64,000 nt of DNA from Chiloscyllium plagiosum (Eukaryota): positions 46,093,897 to 46,157,896 of the forward strand of contig NC_057718.1 of NCBI RefSeq assembly GCF_004010195.1, in the 5' to 3' direction. The notes below the pieces were generated by a model. It was not told the origin of the DNA. It did no database searches and saw only the letters and a list, made by a program, of their open reading frames with translations. The position numbers and the translations under genes were made by a program. Of this stretch, positions 23,550 through 36,078 are shown one piece after another; position 1 is the first letter of the stretch; each line of letters opens with the position of its first letter.

Positions 23550-25900
23550 TTTGGTATTAACAGCTTTGAATTTTCCACTCCCTGTGAAGATAAAAGTCAT
23601 CATAACACAGAATTGGAATTCCTTCAAATCATCAAATCATCAAATTGTGAGATAGCCTGAAAATTGAATAGAAACCTGGGCAAATAAAATATCCTGCTAT
23701 GAGCTCACTTTTGTTGAAGGAAGATAAACCAATGATCAAGAAAGCTATTGATATGTGCTGAAGCTCTAAGATTGTCAATCATCAGCTACAGAGTATTGAT
23801 GGGTAATGAATGAGCTTTGCACTACTTTCAGAGACAGTTGATAGGGTGGCTCAGTGGTTAACACTACTGCCTCACAACACCAGAGACCTGGGTTCAGTTC
23901 CACCCTCGGGTGACTGTCTGTGTGGAGTTGGCACCTTCTCCCCATGCCTGGACGGGTTTCCTCTAGGTGCTCCTGTTTCCTCCCAAAGCCCAAAGATGTT
24001 CAGGTAAGGTGGATTGGCCATGCTAAATTGCCCATTGTGTCCAGGGATGTGCAAGCTGGATGAATTAGCCGTGGGAAATGTGGGGTTACAAGTCTGGATG
24101 AGATGCTGATCGGACTTGATAGACTGAATGGCCTATTTCCACACAGCAGGGATTCTATGAAAAAGGCCAATGCAATGGAGGAAAACAACAGAAGTTATTT
24201 CCAGAAAGGTGAACAGAACACAGGATTAAATAATATTGAAAATACCATGTGAAGTAAATGGAAGCCAATCCAACATGAGAAAGCAGTGCTAGAATTGTAG
24301 GAAGATGAATCGTTTGCATGCATTTGTTTTAGCAGCAGAGTAAGCCTGTAAAGATGGCTGAAGGAGAGATATGGGATGATGGTTTTGTCAAATCACCTTA
24401 CTTTATTAAACAGATTCCATTATCTGGTCACAGGGAGAAAAATAGTTTGTGACGTTAGAATGAAGGCTTCAGCATCAGAGCATCAAATGAATGTGAAATG
24501 TTAAACAATTCATTGGTGCTTTGTGCAACATCATGGGCTTTGCAGACTTGCATGTGGTGGCTCAAGGTGATGACACAAAAATGAAGCCTTTGAAGGTAAG
24601 GGTTGAGGCAAATGATGGAACGGTTCTCCTCTCAAGAGGACAACCGAAGCTGAGAGCTCAAAGCAATGGGAAGAACAAAGATCTGCAGTTCCAGATAATC
24701 GACAATAATGAAACTTCATTCATCTCAACTAGAGCAAGTTCAATGCTCAGACTTGTAACCCAACACATACCAGAAGAGATTTGCAGCATTATTCAGGACA
24801 GCAAGCCATTGATTGCTGAACGGATCCTAAAATATGTAAAATGTTTTCATAGGAATTGGATGTGCTCCTAGTTAGCATCTTCTTGAAGTAGATGAGAGTT
24901 TGAGACCAACATAGGGTCTGGTGAGGAGAGTTCCAACTGCCTTCAAATCCTGCCTGTATGATGTGATAGAAGAGCTGCAAAAGAGGGGAGTAATAAAGAA
25001 AGTGGCGACTGCTGCTGGATTGGCAGCATGGTAGCAATAAAAATACCTGCAAAGCTGAGAGCAAACACAGGTCAAAAGAATCTCAATATTGCTTTAAGGA
25101 GATCTTGCTGCACCATACTAACCTGAAATGTTGCTATAAATGGTCTTGACTATTTTAGATGTAAAGAATTGTTACGAAGTCTTTTTGGTCTACCTTCTGA
25201 ACACTATTTGGGAGATACTGATGGTTGTGTATGCCTTTTGTCATTTCCATTTCTCCAGAAGAGAATCAGCACAAACTGCATTAGATGGTAAATGATCTTT
25301 CTGAAGTGGTAGCAATGAATAGTCCGCTAGTCTATGGATGCAGAGATACAACAGAAGATGCCAAACCACAAACAGAATCTTGAGAAACGGGAAGGGAGAG
25401 CTTTTCAGATGAACCAGAAGCTGACCAAGAAAAAAATGCAGTAAAGGTGACTGAAGTCAATTACATAGCTCATGCACCTAATGTGAAAATGCTTGACCAT
25501 TATCCTGAAAAGGTGAAAACTGTATTAAAGACATAGAGACCAACAAATGAGAAAGTCATACAGTAATTTATTAGATTTATGAACCACTTACCAAAGTTCT
25601 TGTCTAATTTGTCATTGGAGTACAAACCTCCACACATGTTCATTGTAAAGGTTGACCAAAGGTTGGAGCACTAAGTAAAGAACAGCCTTCACTTGCATCA
25701 AGCAACTAGTGTTTATCATACTGATGCTATGTCAATGAGGAATTCACATTGCAATGTGATGCTAGAGAGACAGGACTTGGAGCAATCAAAGCCAACCATT
25801 GAGTTTATATCCATTACATTAGTACAAACTGAACAATATTGGCTGGAGCTGGAATATCACTACAAGAACAAGCAGATACCAGATGAGCAGCTTGAAACTT
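23550..25900 (+). mobile_element. Ty3/Gypsy LTR-retrotransposon internal relic (gag-protease-RT-RNase H), heavily decayed
   Basis: In order: gag CCHC-like QC*NCRKMN.F...C (24284-24328); protease-like VKC...IGALCNIM (about 24495-24535); RT LTILDVK, MPF.IS.SPE, LVYGC.DT.ED; PEKVK.V...K.IQ*FIRFMNHL.KFL.NLS; RNase H NEEFTLQCDARETGLGA...L.QTEQ. Confidence 0.75.
23843..24160 (+). mobile_element. HE1-type SINE (long variant) inserted in the Gypsy relic
   Basis: GGTGGCTCAGTGGTTAACACTACTGCCTCAC...GGTTCAGTTCC head; tail GAATGGCCTATTTCCACACAGCAGGGATTCTATGA. Confidence 0.92.
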
Positions 25901-26042
25901 GCACATGTCCCATGAGCAGTAATGAATATTTTAAAGAATATGGATACAATATGCACGCAGGGACAGGTGAACATGGGATAGATGAGAAAGGACAATGAGG
26001 TTTTCTTCATCAGTGAAAGTTTTTTCTTACATCCATGTTTGG

Positions 26043-26678
26043 TATGATGATGCTGTGGCTTTAAGAGGTTATTCTGCCTTTTTTTAAAAATAGGTTATAA
26101 GGCAGAGGCGTTGAACAGTCTACCAAAATCACAACAATAAACAGCTGGAAAGGCCTTGTTTTTTTTTAAGTTGGAACAATAGGAACAGCCTGGATGGGTG
26201 TGACCAGTTCTCACAGAGCAGGATTTCGAGTTTTTGTTTAGGTTTTAGGTTTAGCTTTAATCAGTTGCTTTTGTGGGTTTGAAAAAGTGGAAGCTGTCTT
26301 TCCCCTCTCTCGATTACAGCCAAAAGCTGTGGGTTCTCTTCCTTGGCTGTTAAATTGCATATGAGACAAAATCTGTTTTTCTGAATTTGCCTTTTTTACT
26401 AAAGGGTGTGTTTATGGGATGTTACTATATTGGAACAGTTAACTAGTAATACTTACTATACCTATTATTCTGTTACGTTTTCCCAATAGAGTTAAGTTAT
26501 TTTAACTTAATTTGGCTATATTTTAACTGTAATGTTTAAATAAATTTGTATTTTGCTTAATGATGAATAGTTTGGCCAGCCACATTGCATCTGGAACACA
26601 ACATTTTACATTTATCTTAAGAAAAAGCTAGGCTCTAGGCTATCTTCATAAAATATTTGAATGGTCTGGTCCATAACA
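26043..26678 (+). mobile_element. Candidate LTR (solo, or 3' LTR of a Gypsy element)
   Basis: Block from TATGATGATGCTG... to ...GGTCCATAACA, with AATAAA near 26540 and a T-rich U5-like region. Flanked by TTGG / ATGG (possible 4-bp TSD). No second copy in the window. Confidence 0.45.
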
Positions 26679-27589
26679 ATGGCTTGCAGATTTGTTTTTA
26701 TATGAAAGGGTGCACTGTAACTTGCCATAGTTAACTCATGTGAATTTGGATATAGTTCATTTCAGTTTACAGACAGCACCATTAAAGTGGCGTGTAGAGC
26801 ACTGCCCACAAGAAATCTGCCCTTCTATCTCTAAGCACTGTACAGTTAGCTCAGTAAAATGTGTAATACTATCACTTTATATAGTTTACATTATACATTC
26901 CCTCAGTATGTTTCTTTGTAACTAACTGCTATCACATTAAGGCTGCAGTAGATATGTGGTAGTCATCAGAAACTGCAACATCATGGCAGAATGCTTGCAG
27001 TTAATTAAATATTTTATGCATTTAACAGATTATGCCACATTGAAGACAGTTATTTGTTGACAGCAACTAAGTGGGAAATGTTCATAAGCTACCAATCAAA
27101 ATGTGGCCATAGCACTGAAATAATCAACATGAAAGCAATGCAGCAAAAGTGAACAACTCTGAACGCAAGCAACCTGAACTGGAAACAGAAATGCCAGAAA
27201 TTCACTGAGGCTAGAAACAGTCAATAGGACAATCAATGTCTGAGAGAAGAGTACAAAGATCAGTTTCAATGAGGAGATGCTGCCTCCCTGCTGTTGTGAC
27301 TTTTCTTGCCAAAATAAATAAAATGGAATTAAGAAGGTGAATGTGATTGCAAAAGTGTCAGAGCATTCAGCATATTTGTGCCAATGGGGTTTTGAGCAGA
27401 CAAGGCAGATACAAATTTAATTTGGGACAAATTGGGCAATTTCAAATTCAGTGCTTAAGTTTAACATTTAATAGTCCCTAATGCATTGTTGTCTTTTTTA
27501 CACACTACTCCTAAAGGTGTTGCATATTACTCTTCTTTGTCATATAATAATCAGAAAATTAGCAAAACTATTTTTAAAAATTCTTTCAT

Positions 27590-27800
27590 GGAATATGAAT
27601 GTCACTGCCTATGGCAGCATTGTTTGCTCAACCCTAATTGTCCTTGAACAGCAGTGGTCAGCCACCATCTTAAACTACTGCAGTCCATCTGGTGTAGATC
27701 CACGTACAGCGCTGTTAAAGATGGGGTTTCACAATTTTGACCCAGTGCCTGTTCAGTTCCAAGTCAGGATGGTGTGTGGGTTGAATGGAAACTTGCAACT
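27590..27800 (-). mobile_element. CR1/L2-group LINE 3' end (second family)
   Basis: CCCTAATTGTCCTTGAACAGCAGTGGTCAGCCACCATCTTAAACTACTGCAGTCC...TTCCAAGTCAGGATGGTGTGTGG is homologous to 18789-19000. Confidence 0.75.
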
Positions 27801-30800
27801 GGGTCAGCCATGGCTATGCTGTAAGCTTTGCTAAAAGGATTTGGACTGTGATAATGGTAAATGAGGTGATTAGAATGCAATTCAAGATCTGCATATACAT
27901 ATTCTCCATAATGAATGTACATACTTAAATGTTCATAATGAAGGGAGGTACAGAATATCACACTGTAGTCATTTCTGTACAGTATATTGAAGTTCTCTTT
28001 TCTGAAGCCTGTTCATGCCCAGACATTGAATTATTTCCCTAATAACCCTTTACAACAGGAATGTTGTATCCATTCAAGCAGATTTATTAAAAATTGTCTG
28101 ACTGTTATTGTGTTCAAAGCAATGTTGCTTGCAGGAAGCTTGTATGCAGAATAGTGTTAAAAACTACGTTATCCTTATTTATTTACTACAATTAGCAATG
28201 TATGGTGTTACGTAGACTGGGTGAAACAGAAACCAGTCTTTCTTGTATTCTACCACCCTGTTTGTTAATTAATCAAATTGTTTTATTATGATACAAATAA
28301 GAGTCAAAAACATAATTACTTCTATAACAATTGAGTGTGGACTTTGTGTGTAAATGTTTGTTCCAGATAGGTTTATCATAAGCAGAACTCCTTTTAAATC
28401 CTTCCACTGTCTATCCCTGCTTCCTTCATTATTGTTCGGTAATAGACGTATGTACTTAACACAGGCACCTAAACAAAAGAAAAGGCAGGTGTTTGAAGTT
28501 TACCTAAAATTCAGCAGCTCATTTTTAAAGGAAGGGAAGCAATTTGTTTTTGCCTTGGCTACAAAAGATCTGTCGAAAATAAGGAAGTTGAAAATTTATT
28601 TCTACATTCTCACTTTGACTTTGACAAACAATTCAAGCCATCATCTTAATTATTATTCTCAACGATACACAATGTTCATAGATCTGCGTAGCTTCTGTCG
28701 ACTTGGCTAAACCTTTCCATGACTTGCATAAGATGACTGTAAACCTTGCAGTATTTGCACTGAGATCTAGGCCTGAGATAAGTTGACTTAATAATCCACT
28801 AGCTCTGACTGATTAGAATTCCTCTCTTAACTCTTCAGAGAAACGGACAGAGGGAAGAAAAATTTCATAAATATTTATAGTGTTTACAAAATGTTTGTGC
28901 TGCATTTAGTCATTCTGATTAAATACTAAAATCACAGGGAACTCTCCAATGTTGATTGCAGTGAATGGCAATATATTCAGCAGAGTGACTGCTTTTGCTG
29001 CTCATTCACGAAGGCAGGATGCAACAGATGTTCACCTGGACGACCAAACCTCTTGAAAGCAATAACTCCATATGTTGAGGGGACTGCAGCTTGTTCTGCT
29101 TCTTGGACTGACAGTGGTGCTTAGCAATGACAATTCAACAAGTTGGGGAGGGGGTTAAATTGGTGGGTGAACACAGTCTTAATTTAATGAAGTACAATGA
29201 GCTTTGGGAAGTAAACTAAAAATCTTAAGCCTGACAGAAAACATATATAATGATAGGCAGAGAAACTATTTTCAAAACAGGAAACTGAAATAATAATCTA
29301 TTAGCAATAAAGCATTTTATAAATGCCACTGGAATGTCAGAAGGGATATTCAATCCCATTGCAATATAAACTAAAATAACTTTAAAAGTTGAAGAATAAA
29401 AATCAATATTCTGAACAATAAATGGGTGTAGGGAAATCACTTATATCCAAGCAAATTTCTAGAAACAACCTCTCAGGTTTCATGTGTAAAATGATTGAGA
29501 AGTCATTTAGAGGTGAAATGACATTGGCCTTTCTTGAATACACACAGCAGACAGTGGCCCTTAGTTCAGATTACTGGCACAAATTCATCAGCGCTGATAG
29601 CAAGTGGTCTGCTCTGCTTGCCTGGTCAGCTTGTTACTTATCAAACAGCACACTTGTGAGGAACAGAGCTGCCAAGCACTACTCAAGTCTTTTTTTTCGT
29701 AGCTGCATGTGAAAACTCCATTTGTCCTTTATCTTCAGCCTTGTCTGTTAGTATTCCCCTGACAATGTGTGTTATGGGAGGTCCTTGTAGCCATAGAGAG
29801 AGCAATGCAGCAGCTAAGCGACATGGGTCCACAGCAGTCCATCTACTTTATCCCTTTACTGATCTTTTTTTTCTGAATCCTAATGACATGTGAGTTGCCA
29901 TGAAAATGTTGATGAAATATTTGCTCAGAAGACAGCTCTGGGCAAGGCTGATAACCTATCTCTGTTTGAGTTTGGCTTCCCATATTCTAATAATCATCTT
30001 CTGTCTGTTTGGATTATTGATTGGTTTGCCAAGAAAGTGGCCTTGTCATCAATGAACAAGGTCAAATCAAACAAAAAGAATGGAGAGAACTGGGGCATAT
30101 TGGAATTATTTGTATCAGAGTACGAAGGTTCTTTCAGGGTCATAGGCCAAGCTGTCGATCTCTTCTTATCACGTGCAACCCTCAGCCTATTTTTAAGTGT
30201 CACAGGACGGCTGAGGAGATGTCTTTAATTCCTAGCTTGAATCACCTCCACAAACAAGGCATTGTCTATTTTGCTTAGTTTTCATGTGATCAGCTATTAA
30301 TAGTATACTGAGCCCTCCAACCCTAAATTCTAACTTCCCCTTGTCCTTATATATATCAGCCTGCTTGCAGTAGTGGCAGATGACCTGCCATTGTCAAGCT
30401 GACTTGGCACAGTTTTGTTCTGTTCTTAGCCAGGCTTATTGTTCAGCTCAAGTATGACACAGGCATGCAAGACTCTTGCTGACACTTTGACTTTAACCGT
30501 TGTATCCCATTAATCAATCGGCATAGAAACTGAGCTACATCTGTTTGGAAAAAGTGACTTTCGTCTGGATAAACATACTAATATATAATCCTTAAACAAA
30601 CTGAAAGGTGAAGACAGCTTTTAATCTTCACTGATAATAACAATTATCAAAACTTCCTTTTAATGAAATAACATATTCATTTTAATCTTTTAAAAACTCT
30701 GATAGTATATATTTTTCATCTGCTTGTACCAGCTGTCTTTCAGATGTGTGAAAATTCTGTTTATATGACAATCCCTCTATATACTCTGGCATTTGTCCAA

Positions 30801-31462
30801 TGTTATCTACAGTTGAGTTTGACCGATAAAAAGTAATTTTCATGGGAGAATAATTCAGCAGGATTTACTCAGTACTGATATTATCGTTAGAAACAAAATC
30901 CATATAAACTACAAACACTTGAAAAACAGTTAACATATGAGATGCAATTATACTGTGTGTAATATTTATTTATAATATGGTTGGTAATAGACTAGATGTG
31001 AAAAATAGAGAATGAAGCACACCTACAGATATATTACCCCATATACGTTGTTAAGGCCGAATTGATTTATGCCACTAAAGAGGGCTGTCTATATTGTTCA
31101 ATATGCTTAATATCATTTTAATTAGTTAAAGAATTGGCACAGAAAGGAAAGGAGGGACATTTAACATTAAAGCATTTAAGCTAGAACTTAAGCAATATTG
31201 GCATTAGATATTCGAATTCTGCCTAGAGAACTTGTAGCAATGAGTCAGAAAACACAAACTCAATTATTTTCCCCTTTTCTTAAGGTTATCTTGAATTTAA
31301 AAGCAACGATGAGTCCAGGACGTGTCTGCTTCACAAGTTGGTTGCTTTGACTAGAACCTCCATTGAATGTTAATTCATTTTGAAGAGAAACTCATGAAAG
31401 GAAGGAAAGTGGGACAAAACCCTTAACTTGCATGCTGCAGATTCAAACCCAACTCCAGCACC

Positions 31463-31538
31463 TGAATTGAATTGAATTGAATTGAACTTATTGTCATGTG
31501 TATCGAGGCACAGTGAGCAATACAGGCAGATCATGTAG
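31463..31538 (-). mobile_element. Short non-LTR retroelement 3' tip with (TTCAA)n tail
   Basis: (TGAAT)4-5 followed by CTTATTGTCATGTGTA; on the minus strand TACACATGACAATAAG(TTCAA)n. Family not determined. Confidence 0.5.
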
Positions 31539-31603
31539 GCACTCCAATACCATACTGAGGGAGCACTGCACTACTGGAAGTTGCATCTTTTGATAAGAAA
31601 TTA

Positions 31604-31746
31604 GTCAGAAGTCACACGACACCAGGTTATAGTCCAACAGGTTATTTGAAATCACAAATTTTCAGAGCGCTGTTCGTTCACCACCTGGTGTTGGGTGTCT
31701 TCAGAATTTGACCACCCCAGTCCAACACTGGCATCTCCAGATCATG
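31604..31746. mobile_element. Internally deleted Penelope-derived fold-back cassette
   Basis: Same family as 47304-47540 (CACCAGGTTATAGTCCAACAGG...ACCCCAGTCCAACACTGGCATCTCC). TSD-like GATAAGAAATTA (31592-31603) / GATAAGTTATTA (31747-31758). Confidence 0.75.
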
Positions 31747-31998
31747 GATAAGTTATTAAATTAACGTTTTGTCTGCCCTCTCAGGTTGCTGTAAAACATA
31801 TTATGCCAATATTTCAAAGAATAGCAGGAGAGTTAACCCTGGTGAAGTGGCCAATATTTATCTCTCACTCAATACCACAACAACGTATTATCTTGTAATT
31901 ATAACATTGCTGTTTGTAGAAGCTGGTATATACACAAATTGGCTGTCTTAGGTCCTTACAACAGAGAATAGACTTTTAAGGTATTTCACTGGTAAAGT

Positions 31999-32220
31999 TA
32001 AAAATCACACAACATCAGGTTATAGTCCAATAGGTTTATTTGGAAGCACTAGCTTTCGGACTGCAGCTCCTTCCTCATGTGGTTGTGGAGTAGTCCACAA
32101 TCACCTGATGAATGAGCAATGCTCTGATAGCTAGTGCTTCCAAATAAACCTGTTGGACTATAACCTGGTTTTGCGTGATTTTTGACTTTGTACACCCCAG
32201 TCCAACACCGGCTCTTCCAA
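31999..32220. mobile_element. Penelope-derived fold-back cassette with decayed hammerhead cores
   Basis: Inverted arms of about 95 bp centred on TTGTGGAGTAGTCCACAA (about 32092). Cores are mutated (CTGATGAATGAGCAATGCTCTGATAGCTA). TSD TTCACTGGTAAAGT (31985-31998) / TTCATTGGTAAAGT (32221-32234). Confidence 0.88.
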
Positions 32221-33039
32221 TTCATTGGTAAAGTAACTCAGGATATCCTACAATCACAAACTAAGACACTTTCCCTGATCTTGTGACACGTAGGGAAGAT
32301 AAGCATCTGCTTTGTCTGTCGGCATAGTTTTTCCTGAAACAGGTTGGTTAGTCTGTCACCAGAGACTATGGCTTCAGCCGTGCCACTCCTCACAAAGCGT
32401 GGTTCTCTAGGACCCAGCTGCCAGATAATCAATCGATCTGGCCATCTTACAAATGCAGCTAACTTGGCCATCAGTTAAGAAGTTGTATCCAGACCTTTGA
32501 TTTAGCAGCAGGGACATCATGAGATCAAGCATGAAAGGGAAAGGCACTATATAAATGCAAGTATTTATTTTGTGTGAAGTCATCCTTTAACTCCCAAAAT
32601 GAAAGAGTCCTCTTTTCAGGAACATTGATCATTAAGAGATGCCACAGTCTGCAAATATGTATTTTGTTCAGTTTAACTGCTTTATGGCACACTGTCCAAC
32701 ACACAAATGACATACAATTATAAATATGGACATGAGATAAGACTACATAGAAAAATGGCAATATGAAAATATGGTTATTATTTCATCTGCATACTCTTCT
32801 AAGATGAAACACATCCATCTTAACAGATATCTAACATAAGCAAGGCTGCTCACTTCTGCATGTGCTTTCTTTTAAATATAAGCAATGTCAGATATTTATT
32901 ATCATAAACGTGTCATATAAATGTTTGCTGATATGGTTAAAGATCTTTTATAGAACAAATAAAGACTACCAGCCTCAAGAATTGAAATCAAACCACAATA
33001 ATTCAATGCCATATTAACAGCTATTATAGCAGTAAAAAT

Positions 33040-33415
33040 AACAGCTTTCCTAATATATCAGGATGCTAAGGGGATATGTGGACTATTAAAGACTAATGTT
33101 GGAGATATTGTAATAGATGTTAAGGCAGTGGTAGACAGGTTAAAACACTATTTGTTTCCTCAATGAAAAAAAAGGAAATGCCAGGAGTTCAAGGAAACCA
33201 AATAATAAGTCAAGGGGGAAATTTCACTTGATAATATAAGTAAATGTGTGGTAAATGGAGAAAATAATGGGAATTAAGATGGATAAATTGACAGGATCTG
33301 TTGGTTTTCATCCAGGCTATGAAAGGAACAGATGGAGAAGGAGCGTCATCTATAGCTTTCCACAGCTTTAAATTTAGTGTTCAGGTTTTAGATTGGAGAA
33401 TTCTAGATGTCAATC
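33040..33415 (+). mobile_element. Very old CR1 ORF2 fragment; a probable continuation lies at 34610-34870
   Basis: KIMGIKMDK.TGS.GFHP and DWRILDV remnants. At 34610-34750: LVKFIEEVT...VYVDLQK...KVPHNKVLAKLKKHRI. Confidence 0.6.
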
Positions 33416-34189
33416 TGTGGAGACAGAATTTCATGGAATGGGAAGTGTCAAACTGCAAGTCCCTCCTGACAGAAATGATGGAATCCAGCCAATCCATGTT
33501 AAACAAGGCGACCTCCCTCAGCAATAAAACAGTGCAAGTGACTTTCAGTAGATCAGACTGGGACATCTGCACCCTCAGGGAGAAAAATCCTGTCTGTGGG
33601 AGCTACCAGCTAATCTATTTGGCCAATATCTCGAACAGTCTCAACAGCAGCAAAACTCAGATTGTGAAAAGTGCTGGAACTGTGATGACTAAACTTCCAC
33701 GATGACAACATGGTGCCTTAAGGAGATAGATCAGGTAGTCTGAGGGGTAGTGGTGTAGTGAAGGATGTTGAGGGGAGGGGAGGAGGATGAGAGGTGGCCA
33801 GGCAGAGACTGACAAAGGGAGGATAACATCATGGGGGAAAGGCCGCCATCATGCATGCAGTGCAGTCCCAATGGATGTACATCCCCTTCTGTCCAAGGTT
33901 TTACTCAGTCTTCTTAGACAAAAGGCCCACAACGTCTGGCCCTAACAATGGTATGATGTAAGCAGTTAAATTTTCAGATAAATTGAATGGTAATGAAGCC
34001 AAACCTCCTCTTAATTGTCTTTTCAAAATGCCGAGAAAGCGGCTGATTTTGGCTTCTGACCACCTACTAGTTTATGTAGCTGTAGTCAGGGTGGGCATGA
34101 TGGCAGTGAAATAGACAGCCATCATATTTTACATGTCCCACTGAAAACATACCCAGTGGTGAAGAGCACACAAGAAATGTGACATTGTC

Positions 34190-34600
34190 TAGTACAATGC
34201 AGCTCTGATAATTAGCATCAATCCTTCATTTTAGACACTCACTTCCAATATATACCCAGTGGCAGCAGTGTATGCCATCTACAAGATGTACTGTAGCAAC
34301 ATACCAAAGTTCATCACCACCACATCCAACATCTCTAACTGCTACTATCTAGGCGAGCAAGAGCAATGAACACATGTGGATACCACTCTCCAACTTCCCC
34401 TTCAAGCCAATAGTTACAGTTTTGAAACATATCACCTTTCCTTCACTTTCACTGGGTTAAAATCCTGGATCATTCTTCCAGCAGCACAGCGAGTCTACTT
34501 ACAATACGCACTGCAGCAATCAGCAAGGCAACAGACTGCCTCTCAATTAAAGGCGAGTAACAAATGCTGGCCTTGCAAAGCAACCCTCATACGTCAAAAT
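34190..34600 (+). mobile_element. CR1/L2-group LINE 3' end (second family)
   Basis: CAGTGGCAGCAGTGTATGCCATCTACAAGATGTACTGTAGCAAC...CCTTCACTTTCACTGGGTTAAAATCCTGGA is homologous to 55790-56030. Confidence 0.75.
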
Positions 34601-35160
34601 GGATTTTAAAAAGTCTAGTTAAATTTATTGAAGAGGTGACTAAAGAGTTGTCTATGTGGACTTACAGAAGCCATCTGTTAAAGTTCCGCACAACAAAGTA
34701 TTAGCAAAACTTAAAAAGCACAGAATTGAAAATAACTTTGTGATATGGAGCAAACAACGTGGTTTAAAAAAACAGAGAGCTGCACTTTCAAGTTTGAAGA
34801 TGACACTGAAGGTCGAAGACAGGGTAAGTTGCATAGTTGGGAGCAACAAGATATAAGGCATAAAGACAAATTAAGCATATGGATAATGTTATGAATCTGG
34901 GTTTTGTAAGAAGATTAAGTTTTAAATTATCTCTGTAATTTAAGGTAAAATGGTCAGGTACGGTCAACATAATTCCGTTGACAGGAAGCAAGTAATGCAG
35001 TGTTCCATTAAGTTTGCTTCTTAACCAGGCCCCTATCTGCTTATAGTTGGACATTCTTCCATGGCCTAATTTCTAGAATGGAATATTGCAGTGGCCAGAA
35101 ATGTGTTGGGTTGGAAGCGTGATTTCAATTCTAACTTCTTGTCTAACCTTTCCTGCCTGT

Positions 35161-35422
35161 AACAAAACCAGAAAGTGCTGGAGGAACTCAGCAGGTCTGG
35201 TAGCATCTGCAGACGCTGACTTGCCAGCATCTGCAGTCCTCACTATCTCTAAGCATCTGTAGAGGGAAAGACAGAGTTAACATTTCGAGTCCAGAGACCC
35301 TTTGTCAGACTAGACTTGAAATATTAATGCAGTGTATTTCTCTACAGATCCTACCAACCCTCCTGAGTTTCTGACTCTCTTTCAGATTTCCAGCTTCTGC
35401 CGTTCTTTGTCTTGTTTTAGCT
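35161..35422. mobile_element. Penelope-derived fold-back cassette (third family) with a nested 38-bp PLE tip
   Basis: Inverted arms centred near 35310. Perfect 12-bp TSD TTTCCTGCCTGT (35149-35160 / 35423-35434). Nested insert at 35214-35251 flanked by AGCATCTGCAGA / AGCATCTGTAGA. Confidence 0.8.
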
Positions 35423-35690
35423 TTTCCTGCCTGTCATGGCATTGTTGGAGATGTTAAAACGAAGGTCTAAATATCCCAAGGCACCACTGAAGTGAAATGG
35501 GAAGTTTAGGAGAGGAGACCAAATGAAGAATTTGAAGAGACTTTTAAGGGCATGAAGGGAAGGAATGAGGTGGAGGCACTTTGGGAAACATTGAGATTTA
35601 GCGATGGAGGACCATGAAAACTGAACTTCCTGTCACTGAAGGTGAAATGAAAGGTGAAGTGTAAGAAGGCTGAGATGGGAAGCTGAGACA

Positions 35691-36078
35691 GGGTGGCCTG
35701 ATGGCACAGTGATCAGCGTTGCTGCCTCACATGCCAGGGACCCGGGTTCGATTCCATCTTGGGTGTGGAGATTGCAGATTATCCCCATGCCTGTGTGGGT
35801 TTCTTCAGGGTGCTCCAGTTTCATCCTATAATCCAAAGATGTGCAGGTTAAATGGATTGAGTCAAAATGTGTGGCACTGGGAAAAGCACAGCAGGTCAGG
35901 CAGCATCCGAGGATACCCAGAATGTCCAGGGATTTGCAGGCTAGGTGGATTAGCCACAGTAAATGTGGGGTTATGAGGATGGAGTGGTGGNNNNNNNNNN
36001 NNNNNNNNNNNNNNNNNNNNNNNNNGGCTGGGCTTGGGTCTGGGTGGGATGCCCATTTCTGCACTGTAGAGATTCTAT
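35691..36078 (+). mobile_element. HE1-type SINE (long variant) with an internal PLE fragment and a 35-N gap (35991-36025)
   Basis: TGGCACAGTGATCAGCGTTGCTGCCTCAC...GGTTCGATTCC head. 35860-35913 is GAGTCAAAATGTGTGGCACTGGGAAAAGCACAGCAGGTCAGGCAGCATCCGAGGA (PLE terminus, antisense). Confidence 0.85.

Larger units (their letters stand above)
31430..32270 (+). mobile_element. DeuSINE (SacSINE1/AmnSINE1-like) carrying three later insertions
   Basis: B-box-like GATTCAAACCC; Deu-domain-like TACTGAGGGAGCACTGCACT...GTCTGCCCTCTCAGGT...GGCCAATATTTATC...ACATTGCTGTTTGT...CAAATTGGCTG. Interrupted at 31463-31538, 31604-31746 and 31999-32220. Confidence 0.8.

Noticed and set aside
29890..30278. Overlapping 112-aa, 85-aa and 69-aa ORFs as a coding exon
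   Set aside because: No recognisable domain or convincing splice-site pair; treated as part of a candidate non-coding element.
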